Source: an uncultured bacterium (GTDB taxonomy: Bacteria > Verrucomicrobiota > Verrucomicrobiia > Limisphaerales > UBA8199). Taken from it: a stretch of DNA of 64,000 nucleotides. The DNA lies in contig CAVVMW010000006.1 in NCBI GenBank assembly GCA_963749495.1, positions 64,001-128,000 of the forward strand, in the 5' to 3' direction. Position numbers and translations under genes: made by a program. The notes under the pieces are model-generated. The model made no database searches and was not told the origin of the DNA. It was given only the letters and a program-made list of their open reading frames with translations. Shown here one piece after another: positions 9,940 through 20,272 of the stretch; the stretch's first letter is position 1; each line of letters opens with the position of its first letter.

Positions 9940-12214
9940 TCAACGTTCGGCATGTCTGAGTCTTGCCTGCACGACCGAATAAGCTTCGAGCACGATCGAA
10001 AGTGAGCCGTTCTGGACTTCGGTTTCAGAGCGGACCGGTTGGATGGCAGCGGGTTGGGTGAGGGAGTTGACGGCCCACGGGGCGGGGCCGGAGAGGGTGT
10101 GGAGTTGGGCCTTGGCGGCGGCGGGGAAACCATCGAGTTGGATTTTCAGGCGGATGGGGCCGGCGGTGCCGCGATGGACCAGGGAAAGGAGCAGGTCGCC
10201 GTTGGGGGCCACGGCGGCCAATGCGTCCACAGCGGGGAAGGTTGGTTCGCCGGCGGCGTTCTTGATGTCCGGGAGAATCATCGCCGCCCGTTCGAGGGGC
10301 GCCTGCAATTCTGTCCGGGCGGGGCGCGCCTCGGCAAAGTCGGCGAAAAAGAGGTTGGCGTAGTAACAGGGATTGGGATAGACGCGCTCGTGTTCTTTGC
10401 GCAAGCCGCCGCCGTGGTTCACGGTCGCGGAGTGGGTGATCAACTCCACGAACGGCTGGAGCCGGGCGGCGCGGTGATAGATGAGCGTGTCATAGAGCGC
10501 CTCGGCCAGGGTGCCGGGGTTGACCAGGTTCTGCGGGCCGAGCTGCGCGGGACCCGTTGCACTCCCGCGGCCGCCGCCAATGTGCGCGAACATCTGGAGT
10601 TCGGTGACGGCCAGGCGCGGGTCACGCAGCCCGGCCTGCTCCATGTCCTGGCGCAAGGCGCGCCATTTGCCCTCCAGGATGTCGGGCACGCGCATGAAAT
10701 CGCGGAAGACGGCCAGCGGCTCCGAGGTCCGGTCGAGATCGCCGCCAATGAGCGGATGATCGGTGATGGAACGTAGGCCGGCGCCGGCGCCGGCGATGAG
10801 GATGTCGTTCCAGTTTTTGCCCCACATCGCCGGGGCGCCGCAGGCATAGAGGGCTACCGAGGGATCGGCCTTGCGCATCGCGGCGGCGAATTGCTGGTAG
10901 CGGTCCACGTAACCGCTGGGCGTGGTCCAATGCGCCTGCCAGCGGCCCCAGAGTTCGTTGCCGATTTCCCAATCCCGGATGGCATAAGGTTCAGGATGGC
11001 CGTTGGCGGCCCGGCGGGCGCCCAGGGGCGAGGTCGCCGGGCCGTTGCAGTACTCGACCCAGCGGGCGGCTTCATCCGGCGTGCCGGTGCCCGCGTTGAC
11101 GCAGATCATCGGCTCGCATCCCACCGCCCGGCAAAAGGCGATGAACTCGTCCGTGCCGAACGTGTTCGGCTCGACCCCGCCCCAGGCATAGTTGGGCAGG
11201 GTAGGGCGGCGCTCGGCCGGTCCGACTCCGTCCTCCCAATGATAGGCGCTCACGAAATTGCCGCCCGGCCACCGCAGCAATGGCAGGCGCGCCTCCTTGA
11301 GCAGGCGCACCACGTCCGGGTCGGCCCCCCCGACGTGGTCCGCAGGCCGCAGAAAGAGGTGCGCGATGACCAGTTGCCCGCCAGATTCGCTCGACAGGAC
11401 CAGGCAATAGGCACCCCTCACCCCGGCCCTCTCCCCGTCCGACGGGGCGAGGGAGGTCGGACCCCTAACCCCGGCCCTCTCCCCGTCGGACGGGGAGAGG
11501 GAGGAGGGGAGCTCGCCTTCCACGGCCAGAGTGCCTGCGAGCCTCTGCCAACCCGGTGAAAGGCCCGTGAGCGTTGCCTCCGCGCAGGGCCGCTCGGTCC
11601 CCTGGCGCCGGAGACAGAGCTTGAGCGCGCTCAGGCCGGGCGAGCGCGCCAGCAACTCGAATTCGTATTTCCGGGTGCGGTGCAGGGGCAGCCACGTCCA
11701 TTGCTGGATGCCCGCTCCCGCCTTGAGCTCGACCCGTTGGGCCCGCCCGCCATAAGGGCCGGTATCCGGGCTCACCTGCACCGCGTCGCGGCTGCCGGCC
11801 CTGGCCCAAAAGCAGGCCAGACCGTCCCGGCGCGCCTCGAGGCATGTTTGCGACCTCCTCTTCGGGCCAGCCGCAGCGGCTTCCCTGGCGGCGCGCCTCA
11901 GCCTCGATCCGCTCACGCTCGGACAGGAACGTAACGATGCCGTCGGGAGTCGTTCCGCCCGTCGCGAAGGGAAACTCGGCGAAGGTCGGATTGCGCAGGA
12001 TCTGGGCATCCATGCCGTTGTAGATGTTGGCGCCCAGGTGTTCGCAGAATTTGCCGGTGAGGTTGCGCGGGATGCGATGAGGGGCCAGTTCGGCGGCGTG
12101 GACCACAAGAGTGGCTTCGCCTCCGGCCGCCTCGGCGGCGCGGGCCGGGGCCGGGCCGGTTAGGACAAGGCAGAGCAAGACGACGGCCAGTTGAGACGCA
12201 AAGGGCTTTTGCAC
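9940..12214 (-). CDS. alpha-L-arabinofuranosidase (GH51), frameshift ~11840
   Basis: RWPGGNFVSAYHWEDGVGP, FGTDEF, WEIGNE motifs; signal peptide in ORF 11465..12214. Confidence 0.85.
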
Positions 12215-12239
12215 TGGGGAGGAACTGGGTTTTGCTTGG

Positions 12240-12330
12240 CGTCCCTTTTGTCGTTTTCGTCCCTTTTGTCCCTCTGGTCTCTTGCGGAAGGGACAAAAGG
12301 GACGGAAGGGACAAAAGGGACGGAAGGGAC
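12240..12330. repeat. 9-bp AAGGGAC-type inverted tandem repeat
   Basis: GTCCCTTTT arrays facing AAGGGAC arrays. Confidence 0.7.
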
Positions 12331-12352
12331 AGATTTGGGAGGTTGCGGCCGC

Positions 12353-13141
12353 TCAGATCTGGGAGTATTCCGCCGGCACCACGGGGAGGTTGGTCACGCC
12401 GTTGGGACAGAGGATCGCTTTGTCGGTGTACTCGGGCATGGCGCTGAGTCTCTTCCAGTCCGGGTGGGCGACAAACCGTTTCCAGGCGGCATCCCGCTCT
12501 TCCACGCTCTTGAAGGCCAGCATGTAGGTGAGATTGGGCAGTTTCGCGCCCACCAGGGTTTGGCCGAAAAAGACCGGGTTCAGGCCAACCTCGCGGAAGA
12601 TGCGGATCTCGCCGGCGTCGTTGAACATCTCAATCTTCTTGAGGCCGGTCCTGAAGCTTGGGCTCTCATAGGTCCGCAGTTGGAAGACGCGTCCGGGCGA
12701 CTCGACGGGCCGCTCGAGCCGGGGCATTCCTCGGAAGGCAATCATCAGCGAACTCTCGATGCGTTTGAAGGCGGGCGCGTCGGACGGGGCATTGAGGAAA
12801 TCGGCGCCGCTCGACACGAAGTCCGAGTCTTGGGCCAGTTGCGTGTGGAGGGTTGCGACCGATTCCAACGATTGATAGGGCAACAGGACATAAACCGGGC
12901 TCAGGCCCTGGCTGGGGCGGAAGACGCCCACGGGCTTGATGCCGAGCCGGTTTAACGCCGGAATCGCGGCCTCCTGCAAGAACGCATCGAGGCCCTTTTT
13001 CTGCGACTCGGTCTCGATGATGAACCGCCGCAACTCGTAGTAATCGCGGCCCGAGGACGCGGAGCTTTCCGCTTCGCTGCCCGTGGTGACGGCTGCCAGG
13101 CCGGCAGCCCCGGAGAGGGTGATGAAGTGTCGTCGATTCAT
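12353..13141 (-). CDS. Tat-exported NIPSNAP family protein
   Basis: MNRRHF twin-arginine signal; YYELRRF and FQLRTYES duplicated NIPSNAP domains. Confidence 0.85.
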   Translation of the reverse strand: MNRRHFITLSGAAGLAAVTTGSEAESSASSGRDYYELRRFIIETESQKKGLDAFLQEAAIPALNRLGIKPVGVFRPSQGLSPVYVLLPYQSLESVATLHTQLAQDSDFVSSGADFLNAPSDAPAFKRIESSLMIAFRGMPRLERPVESPGRVFQLRTYESPSFRTGLKKIEMFNDAGEIRIFREVGLNPVFFGQTLVGAKLPNLTYMLAFKSVEERDAAWKRFVAHPDWKRLSAMPEYTDKAILCPNGVTNLPVVPAEYSQI

Positions 13142-13342
13142 AGCCGGGGCGAGTTCTAGCAGATGCCGCGATGGGCGTCACGCAATTCTTGCGAGGGGCG
13201 AGGGGCGAGGGACGAGGGTCCGGCCCTCGCTTGCGTTTTGGGAGGGTGTTCGCGCTCGCGGCCGCAGGCTGGCCCGCAAGCTGGGCGCAAGATGAATGCC
13301 CGGATTAGCGCCCGAGCGCGCGATGATCTCGCACGCCGCAGT

Positions 13343-13607
13343 GGGTGCGATTAAAACTGTCCGTCAGCCACGGCGCTTCTTTGCCCCGAAGGGGCTTCCG
13401 ACAATAGCCCAACGTTTCAACGTTGGGTTGAATGCGGCGGCACCACGAGTCCCGAAGGGACGGCTGAGACGCCGGAGGATTTCAGCCGTCCCTTCGGGAC
13501 TTTGCCCATCTTCGTTCGGATCCCAACGTTGAAACGTTGGGCTATTCTCAAATGTCCCTCCGGGACAAAGCCCCCGGAACGCATGCCCGACGCTTTTAAT
13601 CGCACCC
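13343..13607. repeat. MITE-like element: 14-bp TIR enclosing REP palindromes
   Basis: GGGTGCGATTAAAA...TTTTAATCGCACCC around CCCAACGTTTCAACGTTGGG and GTCCCGAAGGGAC inverted units. Confidence 0.7.
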
Positions 13608-13614
13608 CGCCACG

Positions 13615-15605
13615 CTAGGTCGTCGCGGGCTGCGGGTCGGCCGATGGGGTGCGGGTGCCCGCTCCCGGGGGCGGGGCGGGGCGGCGGAAACTGCGCCACC
13701 AATGGAGCGGCAGCAGGCCCAGGCCGATGATGGCCAGTTGGCTCAGGACGAAGGCCACCAGCCATTTGAACGCGGCGTCCATGAACCCGTAGGCGTGCAG
13801 GCCCACGCCGAGCATGTTGACGCCGAACCAGGAGAAGCTGGTGACGATGTTGCCGAAGACGGCGAGGTTCATGATGCCGCGATCTCGGGCCAGGCCGCCC
13901 CAGCGGGCGTGCAGGATGATAGCGTTCCAGAGCACAATGAGCAGGGCCCCGTTTTCCTTGGGGTCCCACCCCCAGAACCGGCCCCAGGATTGATCGGCCC
14001 AGATGCCGCCCAGGACGGTGCCGACGAAGCTGAAGAGCGTGGCAAAGCAGACGACGCCATAGACGATCTTCGTGAGGACCTTGCCGATGGTGAGCGAGCC
14101 TGGCCGGCCGCCCGCTGACTGCGAAAGGATCGGCGTCAGCAGGCCCAGGAGGATATAGATAATGGCCACCAGCCCGGCAAAGAAGGTGGCGGCGTAACCG
14201 ATGGTGATGGTGACCACATGGGTGGCCAGCCAGAAATTAGTATCCAGCACCGCCCGCAGCATTTCCATGGTGTCGCCGCCCAGGGCCAAGTTCTGGGCGA
14301 TGACCAGCGTGACAAAGCCGGCGAGGGAGGCGACCAGGTTGCCGATGCCGACGCGGTAGATGCGCTCGATGATGATGCCGACCAGCATCATGGCCCAACC
14401 GACGAAAATGGCCGACGAATAGAGATTGGTCACCGGGGGCCGTCCCTCCAGCGCCATGCGGAAGACCAAGCCGAAGGTGTGCGCCAGGCCGGCCAGGACG
14501 ATGAGCCAGAGCGCGGAGCGGCGCAAGGCCTCGGAGAGGTTCGGGAACAAGGTGAATGTCGCCAGCCCCATTGCCGCTACCACAAAGGCAAAGAGATAGA
14601 TGATCATCGCGTGAAGGAATGCCTTGACGTTGTTGAAATAGAATTCAGCCCTGCCCTTCTGCAGCTCTTTGCCGAATCTCGGGGCCAGCCAGGCCCGGTA
14701 GCCGGCCACCGCGCGGTTGAAGTCCTGGACCTGGTTGTGCCGATAGGCGGTGGTCATGGCCGCGAACAAGCTCATGACCGGGTGCAATTGCCCGGTGCGG
14801 AAGCTGTCCATGATGGCTTCGCCGGCGTTTTGCCAGCGGTCGCCCCCGGCTGCGGGGTCCAGCGGCGGGACCACCAGGGCATTGCCGGCCTCGGCCATGG
14901 TCTGGAACTGGCGAACCGGAGCGGCGACCTTGGCGACGATGTCTTTGTCCATGGCCTCCCCTTTTTCTTTGGCCTGGAGGGCCTTGCGCGCCGGGCCGAG
15001 GTCTTGCTGGAATCGGGCCAGCTCTTTGGCGAAATCGTCCACGCCCTCGGGCTGCAGCGTGTACTTGAGCCGCTGGTAGATTTGGACGGCATTGGCCAGC
15101 TTGATGACCTGCCTTTGGTAGGAGGTCTGCTCGGCGGGCTTGACCTTCGAGGCCTCTTCCCCCTGGCGCATGATCTCCTCTACCGCCGGCCGCAGTTCGT
15201 CGAAGGTGTAATAGTGAAGCCCGGATTTTTCGACGCCTTTGTTCTCCAGCTTGAGTCCGCCGATGAGGTCGGAGTGGTGGACCAGGAAGATGGGGCGGGT
15301 GTCGGCCGTTTCGGGCCGGGCCATGACCTCAAGCAGCCAATCGGTGGATTTGAGTTTCTTGGGGTGGTGCCAGAACTTCCAGGAAGGCACCTGCTCCAGC
15401 GGCACGTCGCCGGTGCTGCGAATCTGGAGCAGGGCGTTGCGCGCCAGCGAATCAAAGGGCTGAACCCGGCCGCCATTGAGGACGGGCAGCCGCCCGAATT
15501 CGCGCGTGTGCAGGGCGCCCTCTTCTTGGGCCCCATTACGGCGATGAGTTCGGCGGCGAAGAGGGCGACGAAGCACCAGGGCAAGAACTTCAGAAGCCGC
15601 TTCAT
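13615..15605 (-). CDS. ccsA: cytochrome c biogenesis protein CcsA/ResC (system II), frameshift near the N-terminus
   Basis: GGIWADQSWGRFWGWDPKE (WWD motif), GLHAY, FWLATHV. Confidence 0.9.
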
Positions 15606-16852
15606 ACTTTGACTTTGGTCTGTTTGAGGGCGAACCCGGCCCCGGCCGCGCCCGGGGCGGGGTTTGCCGCTGCGGCGGCGGGCTTCCGTTTGAGAGTGAA
15701 CCCGAGGAGGTGCGTCAGGAATTGCCAGGCCAGGCCGGCCCCCACCAGGATGCAGGAGAGGTAAGGCGTAAGCCAACTGGGGTTGTGTACCACCTGCAAA
15801 ACGGTTCCGTGGTCGTCCGGGTCCCAACTGGACTGGTAAAAGGTCTCGCCGGCATACCGCAACGGGTTGTTCATGTAGATGAGCACCTCGCGGTTCTCGC
15901 CGGTTTGCGGGCGCTGGAGCAGCAGGCGGCTGGAGAAGTTCCTGGGGATCTCCGTGCCCGGATAGAGGTCGTGCCGGAACTCCAGCAGCTTGAGGCTGAA
16001 GGGCTTGTAGTGCCGGCGCAGCCGCATCACCAGTTCGTAGGTCCGGTTGTTCCAGGTGAAATTCTGGGTTTCCCGGACGCACTCGGAGACCAGCCAGGAC
16101 CCGAGCGAGCCTTGAGGGGTGACCACCTCGACGACCGCGCTGGGCGAGTCGCGATGGTCGCTGTCGGTCACTGGAGGCTCTTCCGTGAGGGTGGCCGCAC
16201 GGCCAGCGCCTTGCGTTGCCGCGGCCGGTTCGGCGGCATCCGCGGCCCGCGGTCTCACGGTCGAGTTGGCGCAGAATCGCTTTACCGCGACCGCAAAGGG
16301 CAGGGCTGGCAGCCGGATTTCTTTGCCGCGCGCCAGCATGCCCTGCGGAATGGCCACCACGCTGTCGGACTGCGGATCGGTCCGATCGATGATGGCCAAC
16401 TCGCTCTCGCGGTTGCTCTCCGAGTAGTTGCGGGTTTCCCCCTCCCGCAGGTGCAGGACGCTCTCACGCGAGAGGGTATCGGTGGCAAACTGCCCGAGCA
16501 GGAGAAGGATCAGGCCGAAATGGACCAGCCAGATGCCGGTCTTGTTCCCCCTGAGGTTGAACCGCTTGAAATGGGAACAGACCAGGTTGATGAGCAGCAC
16601 GCCGCCGACCAGGTAACCCCCGGGCAGGATTGGGACTTTCATCCCGATGCCCGGCAGCGTCCACCAAACCAGGAAGCTGCGGAAGAACTCGCTCTGGACC
16701 TTGTAGAGGCCCAGGTCCACCTGGGCTAGCGTGCCGAAGAAGACCAGCGCGATGGCCAGGACCAGGCAGGCGACCGTGAGCCACATCGAAGTGAAGACGG
16801 CGATTACACGGTCGAAAAATGCATTGGGGGGTGTCATGGGATTGGGGGTCAT
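15602..16852 (-). CDS. ResB-like cytochrome c biogenesis protein
   Basis: GTLAQV, HFGLILLLLG, MNNPLRYAGETFYQSS; overlaps ccsA. Confidence 0.85.
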   Translation of the reverse strand: MTPNPMTPPNAFFDRVIAVFTSMWLTVACLVLAIALVFFGTLAQVDLGLYKVQSEFFRSFLVWWTLPGIGMKVPILPGGYLVGGVLLINLVCSHFKRFNLRGNKTGIWLVHFGLILLLLGQFATDTLSRESVLHLREGETRNYSESNRESELAIIDRTDPQSDSVVAIPQGMLARGKEIRLPALPFAVAVKRFCANSTVRPRAADAAEPAAATQGAGRAATLTEEPPVTDSDHRDSPSAVVEVVTPQGSLGSWLVSECVRETQNFTWNNRTYELVMRLRRHYKPFSLKLLEFRHDLYPGTEIPRNFSSRLLLQRPQTGENREVLIYMNNPLRYAGETFYQSSWDPDDHGTVLQVVHNPSWLTPYLSCILVGAGLAWQFLTHLLGFTLKRKPAAAAANPAPGAAGAGFALKQTKVKV

Positions 16853-16860
16853 CTCTTCAC

Positions 16861-18027
16861 TTACTTGGCGTCCGGGTATTTCGCGCCCTTGACCAATTGC
16901 GTAAAGGCGTCTCTTTCGCGCTCGACGATCGGTTCGCTGCCCATGAGCTTGTAAAACCAGGTCTGGTTGCCTTGCGGCACGACGGCGGCCACCAGGCGCG
17001 TCTTTTGGCCGGTCCTCGGGTCGGCGCCGGTCATGTCCACAACCATGGCCTTGCCGGCCTGGGCTTCGAGCGGGGTGACCAGCTTTTCGACCTCGGTTGG
17101 CGGCGCTTGGGCCAGGCCGAGTTGCTGGCGCCAGCGGTTGACGTTGCCCACCAGGCCGCCGCCCTCGCCGGGGGCGGTGCTCACATTGACCGCAGCTTGC
17201 TCGCCACTGTTGCCGCGGATGGCGAACTTAGCCACCAGAAAGGCCCCGGCCGGGACCTCCTCCCAGCCCTTGGGCACTTGCAGGACCGGCTTTTCCGGGC
17301 CCGGGCTGGCAGGTCCGGTTGGGATGACCGATGCGGCAGCCATTGGCCCCGCACCCGCCGTGCCGATGGGCGGATGGAATGGGGGCAATTGCCCTGGCGC
17401 AGCCGCCGCCGCCCCGAACTTGAGCGACTTCAGGAAGTCCACAAACGCAGGTTTCTGTTGGGCCACCAGCGCGTCGTCGCCGGTCATTTTAAAGAACCAG
17501 GCGATGCCCTCGCGGCGGAGCACGGCCGCCAGGATGCGGGACTGGCCCCCCGAACCGGGGACCGGCCCGCTCTGTTCGAAAAGCTGGGCCTTTTGCCCAG
17601 CCACCTCAACTGGTTGCGCCAGGTTGCCCAGTTCAGCCTCCGTGACGGGCGATTGCCCGACCTGGCCGCGCCAGCGATTGACGTTGGCCAGGTCGCCCCC
17701 GGCTTCCCCAGGCAGCGGCACCACGCTCACGTCTGCCGGCTGGCCCCCGGCGCCCGCAACCTGAAACTCGGCAATCCGCATCTGGCCCGGAGCGATTTCC
17801 TTCCAGCCTCCGGGCAGGTTCCACTGCAACGCCGGACCCGGGCTCGACAGGTCTGGGTGCCCGGCAGGCAGGACCGCCGATTGGGCCGCCTCGGCCGGCC
17901 CCTGCTCCTTTGCCACTTTGTAGCTCTCGGGGCTGTTGCCGCCGCACCCGGCCAAGGCCGCCGCCAGCAATAAAGCTCCCCACCGCCCGGCCCGGGGGCG
18001 CCTCGGCAAAAGCGATAACAAGTTCAC
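16861..18027 (-). CDS. duplicated-domain lipoprotein associated with the ccs cluster
   Basis: LAGC lipobox; two copies of the NVNRWR.Q.G and WFF/YK..G repeat. Confidence 0.75.
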   Translation of the reverse strand: MNLLSLLPRRPRAGRWGALLLAAALAGCGGNSPESYKVAKEQGPAEAAQSAVLPAGHPDLSSPGPALQWNLPGGWKEIAPGQMRIAEFQVAGAGGQPADVSVVPLPGEAGGDLANVNRWRGQVGQSPVTEAELGNLAQPVEVAGQKAQLFEQSGPVPGSGGQSRILAAVLRREGIAWFFKMTGDDALVAQQKPAFVDFLKSLKFGAAAAAPGQLPPFHPPIGTAGAGPMAAASVIPTGPASPGPEKPVLQVPKGWEEVPAGAFLVAKFAIRGNSGEQAAVNVSTAPGEGGGLVGNVNRWRQQLGLAQAPPTEVEKLVTPLEAQAGKAMVVDMTGADPRTGQKTRLVAAVVPQGNQTWFYKLMGSEPIVERERDAFTQLVKGAKYPDAK

Positions 18028-18193
18028 GTTAACTTTTTACTTGTTTTTGGGGGCAAGCGCAAGCGGTATTCGGAAATTGTCCGGCGATGGGCAAAGGAAG
18101 GTGACCCTCTCGGGTTGCCCTCAAGTCGTATTGAAAGCGCGGTTTCATTGGGATAAATTGGGACGGCGACCCGGAAAGACCAACTAACTCACT

Positions 18194-19138
18194 ATGCGAT
18201 CATTCGAGAGCCTGAACGAGCAAGAGATCCTTGCCCTGGCGATTTCCCAGGAGGAAGAGGATGCGCGGATCTACGACGATTTCGCGGACGGGCTGAGGGA
18301 GAAATATCCCGGCCAGGCCCAGCAGTTCAGCGGCCTGCGGCGGGAGGAGGACGCGCACCGGCATCGGCTGCTGGAGCTTTATCAGAAGCGATTTGGGGAG
18401 CATGTGCCGTTGATTCGGCGGCAGGACGTGCGGGGCTTTGTGAGGCGGCGGCCGGTCTGGCTGGTGCGACCGCTGGGCCTCAACGCGGCACGCAAGTACG
18501 CGGAGTTGATGGAACTGGAGACCAAGCGGTTCTACGAGGCGGCGGCGCGGCGGACGACCGACGCGGGCCTGCGCCAACTCCTGGGCGACCTGGCGGAGGA
18601 GGAGCGGCATCACGCGCGCACGGCCGAGGAGATGGCCAAGACCAAGCTGAGCGAGGAGGAATCGGCGCGGCAGAAGCGGCTCTTTATCTTGCAGGTCATC
18701 CAGCCGGGCCTGGCGGGGCTGATGGACGGGTCGGTTTCGACGTTGGCCCCGCTGTTTGCGGCGGCGTTTGCCACGCACAACAGCTTCGAGACGTTCCGGG
18801 TGGGCCTGGCGGCCAGTTTCGGGGCGGGGATCAGCATGGGCTTTGCGGAGGCGCTTTCGGACGACGGCAGCCTGACGGGCCGCGGGCATCCGTGGGCACG
18901 CGGGATGATCTGCGGGCTGATGACCGCCCTCGGCGGGCTGGGGCATTCGCTTCCTTACCTCATCCCCAATGTGCAACTCGCCACGTGGATTGCGGTATCG
19001 GTGGTGCTGGTGGAATTGAGCGTGATTGCCTGGGTGCGCCGCCGGTTCATGGACACCCCGTGGTCGGCCGCCGTCATCCAGGTGGTCCTGGGCGGGGTGC
19101 TGGTGTTCCTGGTGGGCATTCTGATCGGCAGTTCGTGA
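18194..19138 (+). CDS. mbfA: iron exporter MbfA (rubrerythrin-like + VIT1/CCC1)
   Basis: EEDAH/EERHH diiron motifs; QPGLAGLMDGSVSTLAP; GISMGFAEALSDDG. Confidence 0.9.
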   Translation: MRSFESLNEQEILALAISQEEEDARIYDDFADGLREKYPGQAQQFSGLRREEDAHRHRLLELYQKRFGEHVPLIRRQDVRGFVRRRPVWLVRPLGLNAARKYAELMELETKRFYEAAARRTTDAGLRQLLGDLAEEERHHARTAEEMAKTKLSEEESARQKRLFILQVIQPGLAGLMDGSVSTLAPLFAAAFATHNSFETFRVGLAASFGAGISMGFAEALSDDGSLTGRGHPWARGMICGLMTALGGLGHSLPYLIPNVQLATWIAVSVVLVELSVIAWVRRRFMDTPWSAAVIQVVLGGVLVFLVGILIGSS

Positions 19139-19154
19139 CGGCGGCACGGAGGGG

Positions 19155-19259
19155 GAATGACGAATGACGAATGACGAATGACGAAGGCGGAGTCTCCGAG
19201 ACGTCCCTCGACCTCAGGACGCTCCACATTCGTCATTCGTCATTCGTCATTCGTCATTC
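19155..19259. repeat. 7-bp GAATGAC tandem arrays in inverted arrangement
   Basis: (GAATGAC)4 ... (CATTCGT)4; same unit at 25359-25413 and 45191-45216. Confidence 0.85.
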
Positions 19260-19269
19260 CACACCTAAC

Positions 19270-20124
19270 TTAAAAGAGGCTCGTAACATCCGCGGCGCAC
19301 GACAGAAACCTCCCCCCCTCGAAGGTCCTGGCGAGCCGGCCCTGGCTCCATTTGCGGAGGCGATAGAGGGCGGCGAAAGTGAAGTCGGGGGCCTTGCCGC
19401 CCTGGCCGCCGACCAACTCGCTGCCGCGGCGCACATTGTCCAGCATCCAGGCCGGGAGCAGGACATGGTATGGGTTGCGGGCGACTTCGCCCACGTGGAA
19501 GGTCGTGGCGGCGATCAGGTCCGCCAGGTCCTCGGCGGCGATCTCGACCATCAGGTTCGGGTCCGCCATCTGGCCCCAGAACTCGGTCTCGACAACAAAG
19601 CACTGGAAATCCGCCGGGGCTTGTTTGAGGGCGTCCAGGAGCAGGAGGTGGGTGCCCATGTGACACTTGTTCCAGTCGTGCTCGTGCGGGAACAGAACCA
19701 CGCGCGGCCGGTTCTGCACGAGGACCTGAGTAATGACCTGGACGCAGGCGCTCCAGTGGGCGGGCTCTTGCTCGCGGGTCTTGGGGTAGATGCGTTGGAG
19801 TCCGTTGGGGGCGCAGAGGTGCAGGCCCAAGCCCAGGTAATTGCAGGCGCCCTGCAACTCCTTGAGGCGTCCGGGTTGGCGCTCCTTGTTCGAGCCGAGG
19901 GTCACGGCGACATCAATGACATTGAAGCGTGCCTGGCGGAGCAGGCGCAAGGCGAAGCCGCCGACAATGCACTCGTCGTCCGGGTGCGGGGCAAAGAACA
20001 GGGCCTTGGGGGCGTCGGGGCCGAGCTGGGGCCGCGCTGCGGGCGGAAACCCGCCCTGGGGGTAGGTCTTGGCCGCCTGGATCAGGCGGGCCTGTTCGGA
20101 AACGAATTTCACATAAGGGTTCAT
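19270..20124 (-). CDS. PIG-L family deacetylase
   Basis: FAPHPDDE and HDWNKCH motifs. Confidence 0.85.
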   Translation of the reverse strand: MNPYVKFVSEQARLIQAAKTYPQGGFPPAARPQLGPDAPKALFFAPHPDDECIVGGFALRLLRQARFNVIDVAVTLGSNKERQPGRLKELQGACNYLGLGLHLCAPNGLQRIYPKTREQEPAHWSACVQVITQVLVQNRPRVVLFPHEHDWNKCHMGTHLLLLDALKQAPADFQCFVVETEFWGQMADPNLMVEIAAEDLADLIAATTFHVGEVARNPYHVLLPAWMLDNVRRGSELVGGQGGKAPDFTFAALYRLRKWSQGRLARTFEGGRFLSCAADVTSLF

Positions 20125-20205
20125 AACAGGAACAGAAGGAAACGAAGGAAACGAAGGAAACGAAGGATTGAGAATGCTGGGCTTGAATACGTGGTCGTCT
20201 GGCCC

Positions 20206-20272
20206 CTTTAGCCTTTAGCCTTTAGCCTTTAGCCTTTTAGCCTTTAGCCTTTAGCCTTCAGCCTTCAGCCTT
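20206..20272. repeat. 7-bp CTTTAGC tandem repeat (plus 9-bp AAGGAAACG array at 20136-20166)
   Basis: Directly visible tandem arrays overlapping the ROK stop codon. Confidence 0.85.
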
